This document shows positions 36,782-45,944 of a stretch of 64,000 bases of DNA, piece by piece; position 1 is the first letter of the stretch, and every line of letters begins with the position of its first letter. The notes below the pieces were generated by a model. It searched no databases. It had not been told where the DNA came from and saw only the letters and a list, made by a program, of their open reading frames with translations. Source of the stretch: Roseibacillus sp. (GTDB lineage Bacteria; Verrucomicrobiota; Verrucomicrobiia; Verrucomicrobiales; Akkermansiaceae); assembly GCA_051251855.1 (NCBI GenBank), contig JBPOGI010000002.1:320001-384000 (forward strand). The letters run 5' to 3'. The position numbers and the translations under genes are program-made.

Positions 36782-39751
36782 TTAGTTTAAGGGAACTTCG
36801 ACGACTCGGAAGAATGTTTTCGTGTTCGAGCTGAAGTCAAAGGGGAAGGTGAAGGCCACTTCGTCAGGGATTGAGAAATCGAGCGGATCTGCGGTCACTG
36901 TGGTCACTCCGGAGGTGAAGTCGAGGTCGTCGGTATACTCGATGTCGTAGTCCGTAAAGGTGTCGACCCAGCGGAGGGTGATCATGTTGTTGGTAGTATC
37001 GAAGTTACAGTCGATGATTTCCAATTGAGCAGGGACTTCTGCGATAGGAGCGCGTGCGATCACGCGGACGTTGTCGATGAAGCGGTAAGAGTCACGAGTC
37101 TCGTTGTTGTTGAAGCGGAAGCTGAAGGTGTTTCCAATCCAAGGACTCCCGCGGACGATGGGGGGAGTCGTGAAGGTGACGCGGGTGTAGGTTGCGTCGT
37201 TGATTCCTGGATTCTGGTTTGCCGAGATGATTCGACTCGGGTTGACTTGTCCATTAATGGCATCGCTTACGAGCGCTCCGTTTTCATTTCTACAGTCCGC
37301 GATGACTCCAATGCCGCCCAGGGTCAAGCCGTCTCCGATGACATCGACTTGGAACTCGATGACGTGTCCTTCTTGGAGAACCCAATCGTCGAGAGTGAAG
37401 ATCTGAGTGGGCTGCAAGCGGTCAATAGCGGGATCGACTTGGACGAAGCCCGAGGCACGGCTGTGCTGGGTTCCAGTGGCAGGGTTGGTGTCAAAGAGAG
37501 CGGGAATATCAAAGCCTTCGGTGGGTCCAATGTTCGTCCACTCGGGAACGAAGAAGATGTCGTCGCCAACCATCACGGTACCGTCATCATCTTCGAAGCC
37601 GCCATTACGGATAGAGGCGTCGTGGATTCCGTTGCCTGCAATTTCGTCATCGAAATCAACAAGAATCCTCTGGCCTCCAGCAACGGTGAGAGCTTCGGCC
37701 TGGACCTCAATGACGTTGCCGAAGACATCATTGCTGGTGAGAGTAAGAGTGTCTGTGAAGGTGCTGTCGGCTACGATTCCTGCAGCATTTGCTTTGACGA
37801 CAAACTCTTGAGTTGAGCCAACCGGGATAGAGACTGGTAGGGCAGGGCTTTCGAGAATGAAGTTGGTGTTGGTGGTGAAGTCGGCGGCAGTGACTTCGAG
37901 GTCCGCACCAATTCCGATATTTCTGATGGAGAAGGCTCCTAGAGCACAGTCTTCCGGCGCCACCGTGATAGGTGAGAGGTTGGTTACCTGCTCGGCGATG
38001 GCCACGGGGAGGGTTTCGGTCAAGGCTGCTTGGAACTTATCGACCCAAAAGGAGGCCGGAATGGCTAAGCCTGTTGGGTTGGTTAGCGAGTCCGCTGCGA
38101 AGTCGTTAGTGGTCACTGCAACAGTAGCAATTTTGAAGAATTCAGGGGAGGAAGCGGTGGTGTTGTAGAAGGCGGTAAGAGGTCCGGAAGAAGCTGTTCC
38201 AGTAATGCCGGGGCCGGATAAGGTGATGGTGTAGCTGGCGGAGGTTGATTCGAAATCTCGGGCCGCGAGATTGAGCTCGTAGACGTTGAGGGTCTCAGGA
38301 GGTTCGACACCTGAATAGGTTCCTGATGCATTCGTTGAAGCTAAGAGAGTGCCGAGCGCTGGAAGGTGTTGAAAGCTACCGGTGGTTCCATCTCCTTGGT
38401 AAACATACCAGCCAGGGGTGGCGCTATCCACATTTCCAGCAGGGAAGTAGAGGAGGCTAAGAAGGGCGTTGCCTTGATTGACAGGATTATTGACAAAGTT
38501 GGCTCCAGCGAAACGGCCCAGAACAAGTTGAAAGGAGCGGTCATTGTTGGCTGCATCGGCGGGGTCTCCGGTGTAGGCCTCAAAGTCAGGGATGGCAAAA
38601 GACACTTTGATGTCGAGGTCAGTGGCGCTATTACTGAGAGTCTGTCCAAGATTGCTAACAAAGTTGTTGACCGTGTCGTAGCCTTCGACAATCGCGCCGG
38701 TAGGTGAGGTGAGGCCGGCGGTCGCAAAGACCTCGCCTTCCCATCCGTTGATGCCGTCATCAAAGCAGGGGTTCTCTACCAAGGAAAAGGGGTCTCCGGT
38801 GGTGAGAATAGTGGCTGAAATGGGGACAGTGGTGTCTTCGCTATCGGGGCTGGTGTCGACGAGAAGAGCGCCGGGGAGGAGGGCTCCACCGCCGCCGCCG
38901 GTGGCGGTGATTTCGACATCAAAGGTGGTGCCTGCGGCGATGGTTGCGGGGAGGGTAGGTGCAGATGTGATGGTGTAGACGCCTCCGCCATCGTCGGTCA
39001 GAGTCAACGCGTCAACGGTGAGATCTCCACTCGCCCCGGCGTTGCGGAAGGTGACGGTGCGGGAGGCACTATCGGTGCCTTGGAGATGTATGAGTTGGCC
39101 AAAGGTGTAGTCGCCAGAATCGATTGCAAGCTCAGGTCCGGCCGATGCTGCGGTGACGATAAGTTCGAAATTATCGACGCGACCGAAGCCAGTGAGAGAG
39201 CTGTTTCCATCTTGGCTATCAACGGCGACAAAGAGACGTTTGCCTTCGGCCTCGGGGAAGAATACGGTTTGGTCGACACTTTCCCAGACATTGTTTCCCG
39301 TGGAAGTTCCCGAGAGCAGGATCTTCTCATCTACAATATTACCGAGAATGAGTCCGTCATCTGTAGTAAAGAGTCGAATGGCGATTTGGTCACTGGCATC
39401 GTCCCAGTTGAACGCGTCGCGCCAGACATACTTGACGTTAAAGGAGTCTCCCGCGACGACGTTGTATCCAGTATCTTGGCCGGCTGCTCTATTCGCCACT
39501 TCGTAGATGACGCAGCTGCGAGTGCCATCCACTTGGATGTTTGTGCGGGTGCAGTCAAAGGTCTGAGTGGCACTGTTTGCGTTTTCCCAGAAGTCGGTGC
39601 GGTCGAAGGGAATAACGTCAGTCGAAGTCTCTCCGGCTTGTTCGGCATTGAAGTCGCCGTTGCGAAGGGTTCCTCCGATAATGGTTGTTTGAGCGAAGGA
39701 TGTGTTCGCGAAGAGGGCGAAGATGGTTGGTATGATAACTCTCTTTTTCAT
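36782..39751 (-). CDS. Large acidic secreted protein with CBM-like and Ig-like domains
   Basis: Signal peptide MKKRVII...SFA; RNGDFN / ENPCFD / RNGGFE domain starts; two Ig-like units (TFRNAG..DLTV, SIRNIG..DLEV); C-terminal TLRW...TDDL...FFRV tail. Confidence 0.85.
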   Translation of the reverse strand: MKKRVIIPTIFALFANTSFAQTTIIGGTLRNGDFNAEQAGETSTDVIPFDRTDFWENANSATQTFDCTRTNIQVDGTRSCVIYEVANRAAGQDTGYNVVAGDSFNVKYVWRDAFNWDDASDQIAIRLFTTDDGLILGNIVDEKILLSGTSTGNNVWESVDQTVFFPEAEGKRLFVAVDSQDGNSSLTGFGRVDNFELIVTAASAGPELAIDSGDYTFGQLIHLQGTDSASRTVTFRNAGASGDLTVDALTLTDDGGGVYTITSAPTLPATIAAGTTFDVEITATGGGGGALLPGALLVDTSPDSEDTTVPISATILTTGDPFSLVENPCFDDGINGWEGEVFATAGLTSPTGAIVEGYDTVNNFVSNLGQTLSNSATDLDIKVSFAIPDFEAYTGDPADAANNDRSFQLVLGRFAGANFVNNPVNQGNALLSLLYFPAGNVDSATPGWYVYQGDGTTGSFQHLPALGTLLASTNASGTYSGVEPPETLNVYELNLAARDFESTSASYTITLSGPGITGTASSGPLTAFYNTTASSPEFFKIATVAVTTNDFAADSLTNPTGLAIPASFWVDKFQAALTETLPVAIAEQVTNLSPITVAPEDCALGAFSIRNIGIGADLEVTAADFTTNTNFILESPALPVSIPVGSTQEFVVKANAAGIVADSTFTDTLTLTSNDVFGNVIEVQAEALTVAGGQRILVDFDDEIAGNGIHDASIRNGGFEDDDGTVMVGDDIFFVPEWTNIGPTEGFDIPALFDTNPATGTQHSRASGFVQVDPAIDRLQPTQIFTLDDWVLQEGHVIEFQVDVIGDGLTLGGIGVIADCRNENGALVSDAINGQVNPSRIISANQNPGINDATYTRVTFTTPPIVRGSPWIGNTFSFRFNNNETRDSYRFIDNVRVIARAPIAEVPAQLEIIDCNFDTTNNMITLRWVDTFTDYDIEYTDDLDFTSGVTTVTADPLDFSIPDEVAFTFPFDFSSNTKTFFRVVEVPLN

Positions 39752-39852
39752 GGGCTGATCACCCTGCAAGCTAGAGTGTTACTCGTTGGATGGAAGAAAA
39801 AACACCCGTACTTTTTTTCGGAAGGTTTGCATGTAAAGAAGGCGTGTATTTG

Positions 39853-39868
39853 TGCAAAAATACTGCCA
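39853..39868 (-). promoter_or_regulatory. Sigma-54-type promoter
   Basis: TGGCAG-TATTT-TTGCA, about 100 bp upstream of the surface protein ATG. Confidence 0.6.
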
Positions 39869-39952
39869 TTGAATTGTTTGGTAGTTTCCCGTTGGCTTCA
39901 AAATCGCAGAAATCGCAGTGGCTCACGAGAAGGCGGCATGGCAAATAGAGTC

Positions 39953-42900
39953 TTAGGGAACGATGATGATTTGGATGGCGTCGAATTGTCGGACATCGCC
40001 GGTGTTGGGATTGTTCCCATAATCGACGTTGATGACGGAGGTGGCTGGATTGATGGCTGAGGCATCGGTGACGGTGGCTTTGACCCAGAATTTACTGTAG
40101 GCGTCCGTCTGATCGAAGCGTGCGACGTAGGTGGCGTTGAACTCATCACCAGAGACATTTGGGTCTGGGTCCACGAGGATAGCAGTGACCCCAGCATTTA
40201 CGTTGTTCGGGACCCCTGCTGGTCCGGTGACGTTGGGCATCTCGAGGTAGAGCACGATTTCCACTGGTGCTACGAAAGGAACGAGGGATTGGTCTTTGGC
40301 TACGAGCGCATTGTAGGCGTTTTCCCAAGCGTCGCCAGGATTGGGAGGAGTGGTGAGAGTGTTGGCTTCCACTCCGTCGCTGCCGAGGAGATACATTTGG
40401 TAGCTGGGGATGTCGTTGGGGTCGGTGACGTCTTGAATCGATACTAGCTTATACTCAGGCCAGTCATCCATCATAAGTGCGCGTCCGTCAGTGGCGGCGT
40501 TGAGGTTAAACTTTTCGGAGACAATGCAGCGGTCGCTCATGTCTGATCCTTGAAAGATGGGGACGATGGATTGGGAAAGAATGTCGATGCCTGCGGTTGC
40601 AGTGGCGACGTTGACTCCGGTGAGGTCGAGGATGGTAGAGAAGAGATCCACAACGTGAACCATGGTGTCGGTGGTTCCGGTCTGAATGATGTCGGGGCCG
40701 GTTGCAAAGAAGGGGACGTGGATTCCTCCTTCGTTGAGGGAGCCTTTAGCGTTGGCGATTCCTCCAGCAGGAGCTTGGTCGACTTGTCCAGGGGTTCCGT
40801 TGTCGCCGACGACGATGATGTTTGTTTTGCTGAGGTCAACGCTCGCGAGTAAGCGTCCGATTTCGGTGTCGAGAGCCTCGAGCATTTTTACGTAGAGGTC
40901 TTTGTTTGCTGTTCCGGTAGTGGAGTAGCCGCCGGCAGGGGCTAGCGCTGCGGGGGGCTCTTGGAAAGGGTCGTGGGGAGCATTGAAGCCCATCCAGACG
41001 ACCCACGGGTCGGAGCCTTGGGAGTTGATGAAAGAGACTGCTTCGTCGACTTGGACGGAGGTCGCGTAGGGGCTGGGGTAAGTCCCGTTGCCGACGAGAT
41101 CAGTGACGGGTGTTCCTGAGTCGACGAGAATGTCGTTCACGATTTTGATGCGGGTCCAGTCGTTGTAGTCTGCCACGCCACCAGCGAGCGTTCCGGTGAA
41201 GTTAGGCCAACCTCCGGTATCGCGGGCACCGGTATCACCCGAACCAAGGTGCCATTTTCCAAAGGAGGCGAGTCCATAGTTGGGTGCTTCGGTGGAAATG
41301 ATTTCGGGAAAGGTCAGTTCTGAGGCTGGCAGGGTATTGTTCGCTTGTGGGTTGCCGACTCCATGCTGAAAGGGTTGGCGTCCGGTCAAGGTGGTGGCTC
41401 GGGTGGGAGAACAAATGGGCTGAGAATAGCCACGGGTAAAGAGGAGGCCTTTGTCAGGGGTGTCCGCAGGAGTGGCGTTGGAGTTCGAAAACAGGAGGCT
41501 CTTCAGGATGGGCATATTGGCTAGTTGGATGCCGGGTCCAGCCTCAGTGTTGTAGAGATTCGAGGAGTCAATACCCCAGTCGTCTAAAATAAGAAGAAGA
41601 ACGCTATTTTGAGGGCCTTCGCTGATGATGGAGCTGTCGTAGTCGAACCCTGTATCGTCGAACGGTTGGATGTAGTTAAGACCGACTTGATAGAAGTGTT
41701 GGTCTTCGGTCCCTGCCCGAGCGAGGTCGGTGACGGGAGTGGTGGCGTCAGCTCCTTCGGCTAAAGCGAGAGGATCCCAGGTTTCGAGATCGGAGCTGTG
41801 TGAGACGGTGTAGTTGCCGCCTTCGACCGAGGTCCAAGTGAGGGTGACGTTGTCGTTGGTGTCGTCGACTTCGATATTGCAGATTTCCAGCTCCTTCTCG
41901 GGGCCGCCTTCCCAGAGCACCTCGGCGGCGGCAGGGGCTCCGCCGTTGACATTGCCGCCGGTAGGGTTGCCGTAGAAGTGGCGAGCGAGGTTGTAGGGGT
42001 AGACTGGAGTTCCTTCAGGAAGGCCCTCACCATTGGGTCCGATGATGTTGGAAAAGTAAGCCCACGTGCCCGCGGGGAAGTCGGGAGTGACGCAAAAGCG
42101 AACGTTGTATTCGTTAAGGTCGAAGTCGGTTCCTAAGGTCATCCCCAAGTTGCCCTTGTAAGCGTAGTCCTCAATATAGTGACCGAGAGGAAAGTTGTTA
42201 GAGACTGGGGGGGCATATTGATTTGAGTTGTTGATTTGGGTTCGGCCATTGTTGACGGCCCATTGCGGAAGAGAAGTTCGTCCTGTTTGTTGGAAGTTGG
42301 CAGGTTCAACCCCGGTGTTGATGGTCAAATCTGTGGAACCGTTGGTGCCGTCTCGCTTTTGATAACCGGAAACCATTCGTCGAACGGAGCTATTGGCGTC
42401 GAGAGGGTCGCTGTAGCCGTATGGACCGTAGAGGGGGAGGCCGTCTTGGGCCCAGCCGAGGATGGGGGAGTGTGTGCCATTAAAGCTCTCGGTGTAAGTA
42501 TTGCTGGAGGCGTCATAGCTCACGGAGTCACCAAGGAGATGGCGGAGACCGGGAGGGTTGGCGTGGTAGTGGTGATTGTTACCAGCTTGATGCGCGAAGG
42601 CGGGGTCGAAGGTGTCCGATTCGTTGACGTAAGCGTCGCGGTTCCAGATGTCGTCGCCATTGACCGCGGCGGCGGCTCCGGGGCCGTCGTCGACTCCTTG
42701 CGAGGTGTCGTAGGAGAAGGCATCCCGAGAATCGAACATGGAGACCCCGTCCACAAAGAGGCCAACTGTTCCGAGGCCTGTTTCGACTTTGGGGGTGACG
42801 CTTGTATCCGGGGTGCGAGGAAGACGGAATTGAGCCGCTCGATTAGAAGGGTAATTAGGAAACAGGTTTCCGTTGCCACCATACCAAGGGCCCATGATGT

Positions 42901-43153
42901 GAAAGGCGAGACCGGTAGTGCTTACGTAAAGACTGTTCGCCGTGGCTGAGATCTCATGAATTCCCGCGTAGGTGGGATTTGCTTGGGTTCCCTGACCCCG
43001 GGACCAGGTGGTGACGGGAGCCTCGGCATTCATGGCCGCATTGTCGGGGTAGATGCGGGCGTAGCGGCCGGAGAGTTCGGTAAGCCAGGAATCGAGAAGG
43101 GGTTCTGCGCCAAGAGGAAGGGAACAAATGAGGGCAGTGAGAAGGACTTTCAT
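39953..43153 (-). CDS. YHYH domain - sulfatase fusion, secreted
   Basis: Signal peptide MKVLL; HHYHANP, HSPILGWAQDGLPLYGPYGY, DLNEYN.RFCVTPDFP; then ILDDWG, ICSPTRATTLTGR (CxPxR), GKWHLG, GDNG. Confidence 0.9.
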   Translation of the reverse strand: MKVLLTALICSLPLGAEPLLDSWLTELSGRYARIYPDNAAMNAEAPVTTWSRGQGTQANPTYAGIHEISATANSLYVSTTGLAFHIMGPWYGGNGNLFPNYPSNRAAQFRLPRTPDTSVTPKVETGLGTVGLFVDGVSMFDSRDAFSYDTSQGVDDGPGAAAAVNGDDIWNRDAYVNESDTFDPAFAHQAGNNHHYHANPPGLRHLLGDSVSYDASSNTYTESFNGTHSPILGWAQDGLPLYGPYGYSDPLDANSSVRRMVSGYQKRDGTNGSTDLTINTGVEPANFQQTGRTSLPQWAVNNGRTQINNSNQYAPPVSNNFPLGHYIEDYAYKGNLGMTLGTDFDLNEYNVRFCVTPDFPAGTWAYFSNIIGPNGEGLPEGTPVYPYNLARHFYGNPTGGNVNGGAPAAAEVLWEGGPEKELEICNIEVDDTNDNVTLTWTSVEGGNYTVSHSSDLETWDPLALAEGADATTPVTDLARAGTEDQHFYQVGLNYIQPFDDTGFDYDSSIISEGPQNSVLLLILDDWGIDSSNLYNTEAGPGIQLANMPILKSLLFSNSNATPADTPDKGLLFTRGYSQPICSPTRATTLTGRQPFQHGVGNPQANNTLPASELTFPEIISTEAPNYGLASFGKWHLGSGDTGARDTGGWPNFTGTLAGGVADYNDWTRIKIVNDILVDSGTPVTDLVGNGTYPSPYATSVQVDEAVSFINSQGSDPWVVWMGFNAPHDPFQEPPAALAPAGGYSTTGTANKDLYVKMLEALDTEIGRLLASVDLSKTNIIVVGDNGTPGQVDQAPAGGIANAKGSLNEGGIHVPFFATGPDIIQTGTTDTMVHVVDLFSTILDLTGVNVATATAGIDILSQSIVPIFQGSDMSDRCIVSEKFNLNAATDGRALMMDDWPEYKLVSIQDVTDPNDIPSYQMYLLGSDGVEANTLTTPPNPGDAWENAYNALVAKDQSLVPFVAPVEIVLYLEMPNVTGPAGVPNNVNAGVTAILVDPDPNVSGDEFNATYVARFDQTDAYSKFWVKATVTDASAINPATSVINVDYGNNPNTGDVRQFDAIQIIIVP

Positions 43154-43271
43154 GAATGTGGAATAGGGAAACCGCGAAAGAGGTGAATAGTTGCGGCTTT
43201 CGGTAAAGTAAAAAGACCTTGTTATGCTGGCGGGCTTGCCCTGTGAAGGGAATTGACCTTCATTGGTTGGC

Positions 43272-44363
43272 ATGAAAGGGGTTGTCGCCTTGCTATTAAT
43301 GACCATGTCTGCGTTCTCCCAGTCTCCTCATTTTGATTCCAAAGAAGCGGCTCGCTATGTCGAATTGGCTTTGGCGGGGATTGACCGTGAGTTTCCCAAC
43401 AAGCCGGGCCATGTGTGGAACTCTGCCGAGGATGGAAAGACGCCTCGCGAGTGGAATCCGGTGTTCTACGGTCATTTCGATTGGCATTCCTCGGTTCATG
43501 GGCACTGGACTCTCGTACGTTTGCTCAAGCTTTTTCCCGAGGCGGAATGGGCGGAGGAAGTGAGGAGAGTGTTAGACGGGAGGTTTACCAAAGCGGCTTT
43601 GCAAGCGGAGGCTGAATATTTGAAGGAACACAAAAGCTTCGAACGCATGTATGGGTGGGCTTGGGCCCTGCGATTGGCATTGGAGCTTCGCACTTGGGAT
43701 GATGCACAAGGGCAGTCGTGGGCCGCGCGGTTTCGACCTCTGGAGGAGGTGATTGTGGATCATGCGAAGGACTATTTGCCGAAGTTGGATTGGCCGATTC
43801 GATGTGGTTTTCATCCGGAGTCCGCATTTCCCCTGAGCCAGTTTCTGGACTACGCACGAGGGGTGGGTGATGTGGACCTTACTCGGTTGTTGGTAGCGAA
43901 AGCGAAGGCCTTCTATGAGAGCGATAGCAACTATCCCGTTCGCTACGAACCCTCGGGGAACGATTTTTTCTCTCCGGGACTTAACGAAGCGGATTTGATG
44001 AGGCGAGTTCTTGATGAAGACGAATACTCGGATTGGTTGAACGGGTTCTTTCCGGGATTGGAGAAGGGAGAGATGGGCAATCTGCTGAGTCCGGTGACGG
44101 TTTCCGATCTAGATGATGGCCACTTGGTGCATCTGGTAGGGCTCAATTTGACTCGGGCTTGGACGATGAGGTCAATTGCGGGAGTGCTGCCGGAAGAGGA
44201 TGAGCGTCGAACTGTTTTGGAAAAGGCGGCAGAAGCTCATGCGGGGAAAGGGCTGCAACAAGTTTGGAGCGGAAGTTATGCGGGGGAGCATTGGCTGGGC
44301 TCGTTCGCGGTTTATCTGGAGACGGGAGTGGGATTTGATAGTCCTGCCGCGCGAGGCGAGTAG
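43272..44363 (+). CDS. DUF2891 family secreted protein
   Basis: REFPNK, FYGHFDWHSSVHGHW, FERMYGWAW, HLVGLNLTRAW, YAGEHWLGSFA. Confidence 0.88.
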   Translation: MKGVVALLLMTMSAFSQSPHFDSKEAARYVELALAGIDREFPNKPGHVWNSAEDGKTPREWNPVFYGHFDWHSSVHGHWTLVRLLKLFPEAEWAEEVRRVLDGRFTKAALQAEAEYLKEHKSFERMYGWAWALRLALELRTWDDAQGQSWAARFRPLEEVIVDHAKDYLPKLDWPIRCGFHPESAFPLSQFLDYARGVGDVDLTRLLVAKAKAFYESDSNYPVRYEPSGNDFFSPGLNEADLMRRVLDEDEYSDWLNGFFPGLEKGEMGNLLSPVTVSDLDDGHLVHLVGLNLTRAWTMRSIAGVLPEEDERRTVLEKAAEAHAGKGLQQVWSGSYAGEHWLGSFAVYLETGVGFDSPAARGE

Positions 44364-44372
44364 AGTAGGTCT

Positions 44373-45827
44373 GTGCAACGTTCTTCTCTTCAAAAAAATG
44401 TGGTTTCTGGGTTGGTAGCGCTGATGGGTTTGGCGCTGGTTGAGAGAGGTCACGGGAAGAGCCCGAATTTTGTTTTCTTCTTAGTCGATGATTTGGGTTG
44501 GGCTGATGTGGGGTGTAATGGAAGTCCTCTTCACCAGACCCCTCACATTGATGCTTTGGCGGAATCGGGAGTTCGTTTTACCGATGGCTATGCAGCTGCA
44601 TCGATTTGTTCGCCGACGCGGGCGAGTATTCTCACGGGGCGGCATCCGGTGAGGGTGGAGATTACGGATTGGATACCCGGAACGCATCGCGAGGGGCGGT
44701 TTGAGAAGGTAGAAGATCGTGATGCGTTGGCTTTGGAGGAGGTGACGATCGCAGAGGCGTTGAGGGATAATGGATATCGCACTTACTTTGCGGGTAAGTG
44801 GCATTTGGGGGGAGAAGGGTATTATCCCGAGGACCAAGGATTCGAGGTGAATATTGGCGGGCACCACAAAGGAAGCCCTCCGGGAGGTTACTACGCGCCT
44901 TGGACAAACCCTAAGTTGAAGGCGAAGGCGGAAGGAGAGTATCTCACGGAGCGTTTGACTGAGGAGACGAATGCGTTTTTGGAAAAGCACCAGGGGAAAG
45001 AGGAGCCGTTCTTTGTCTATTTGAGCTACTACAATGTTCATACTCCGATTCAGCCCTACAAGAAGCGGATTGGGGAATACGAAGAGGCGGTCGCGCAGTT
45101 AGAGGGGGAGACTCCCTTGATCGAAATGCGCGACGGTCTGTCGCGCGGACGACAAGATAATGCTCAGTTGGCCTCGATGGTGGCGGCCGTGGATGATAGT
45201 GTGGGTTCGGTTTTAGCGAAGTTGGAGTCCTTAGGAATGAGCGAAAATACGGTGGTGGTCTTCTTCTCGGACAACGGCGGTTTGTGTACGTTCCCTTTGG
45301 CGCATCAGAAGCGAAAGCGAATAGGGCCAGGATGTAACTTGCCCCTGCGTTCCGGGAAGGGGTGGCTCTATGAGGGAGGGATTCGGGAAGCTACCATTGT
45401 GCGGGCCCCGGGTGTTTCGAAAGCGGGTGGGGTTTGTGCGTCGCCTGTGGTGAGCATGGATTTTTTTCCGACGATGCTGGAGTTGGCTGGTATTGAGACA
45501 GATTCTGTTAGAGAGCTGGATGGGGAGAGTTTGATCCCGTTGCTTAAGAATCCGACGACGGTGAAGGAGCGATCCTTGTTCTGGCACTACCCGCACTATC
45601 ATGGCTCGGGTTGGAGCCCCGGCGGGGCGATTCGGCAGGGCGAATGGAAGTTGATCGAATTCTGGGAGCACGATGATGCCCAGCTCTATCACTTGGGAGA
45701 AGACCTCGGTGAGCAAAATGATCTGAGCAAAGAGAATCCCGAAAAGGCGGAGGAGCTTGCTCAGGAGTTGGCAAGCTGGAGGAAAGCGATGTCTGCGGTG
45801 ATGCCTCTGGAAAAGGCGAAAGAGTAG
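44373..45827 (+). CDS. Sulfatase (S1, formylglycine-dependent)
   Basis: [40 protein letters not shown]. Confidence 0.95.
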   Translation: MQRSSLQKNVVSGLVALMGLALVERGHGKSPNFVFFLVDDLGWADVGCNGSPLHQTPHIDALAESGVRFTDGYAAASICSPTRASILTGRHPVRVEITDWIPGTHREGRFEKVEDRDALALEEVTIAEALRDNGYRTYFAGKWHLGGEGYYPEDQGFEVNIGGHHKGSPPGGYYAPWTNPKLKAKAEGEYLTERLTEETNAFLEKHQGKEEPFFVYLSYYNVHTPIQPYKKRIGEYEEAVAQLEGETPLIEMRDGLSRGRQDNAQLASMVAAVDDSVGSVLAKLESLGMSENTVVVFFSDNGGLCTFPLAHQKRKRIGPGCNLPLRSGKGWLYEGGIREATIVRAPGVSKAGGVCASPVVSMDFFPTMLELAGIETDSVRELDGESLIPLLKNPTTVKERSLFWHYPHYHGSGWSPGGAIRQGEWKLIEFWEHDDAQLYHLGEDLGEQNDLSKENPEKAEELAQELASWRKAMSAVMPLEKAKE

Positions 45828-45944
45828 CTGCAAGAAGGAATCGATGAGCCCTGACCTCTTTGAAAGTGGGCTTTGCCGATTTTTGTTAAATTTTCGAAAG
45901 AATTTCCTGTCGAAAACTCTGCCGAAGCTCTGTATCACTCTCTC

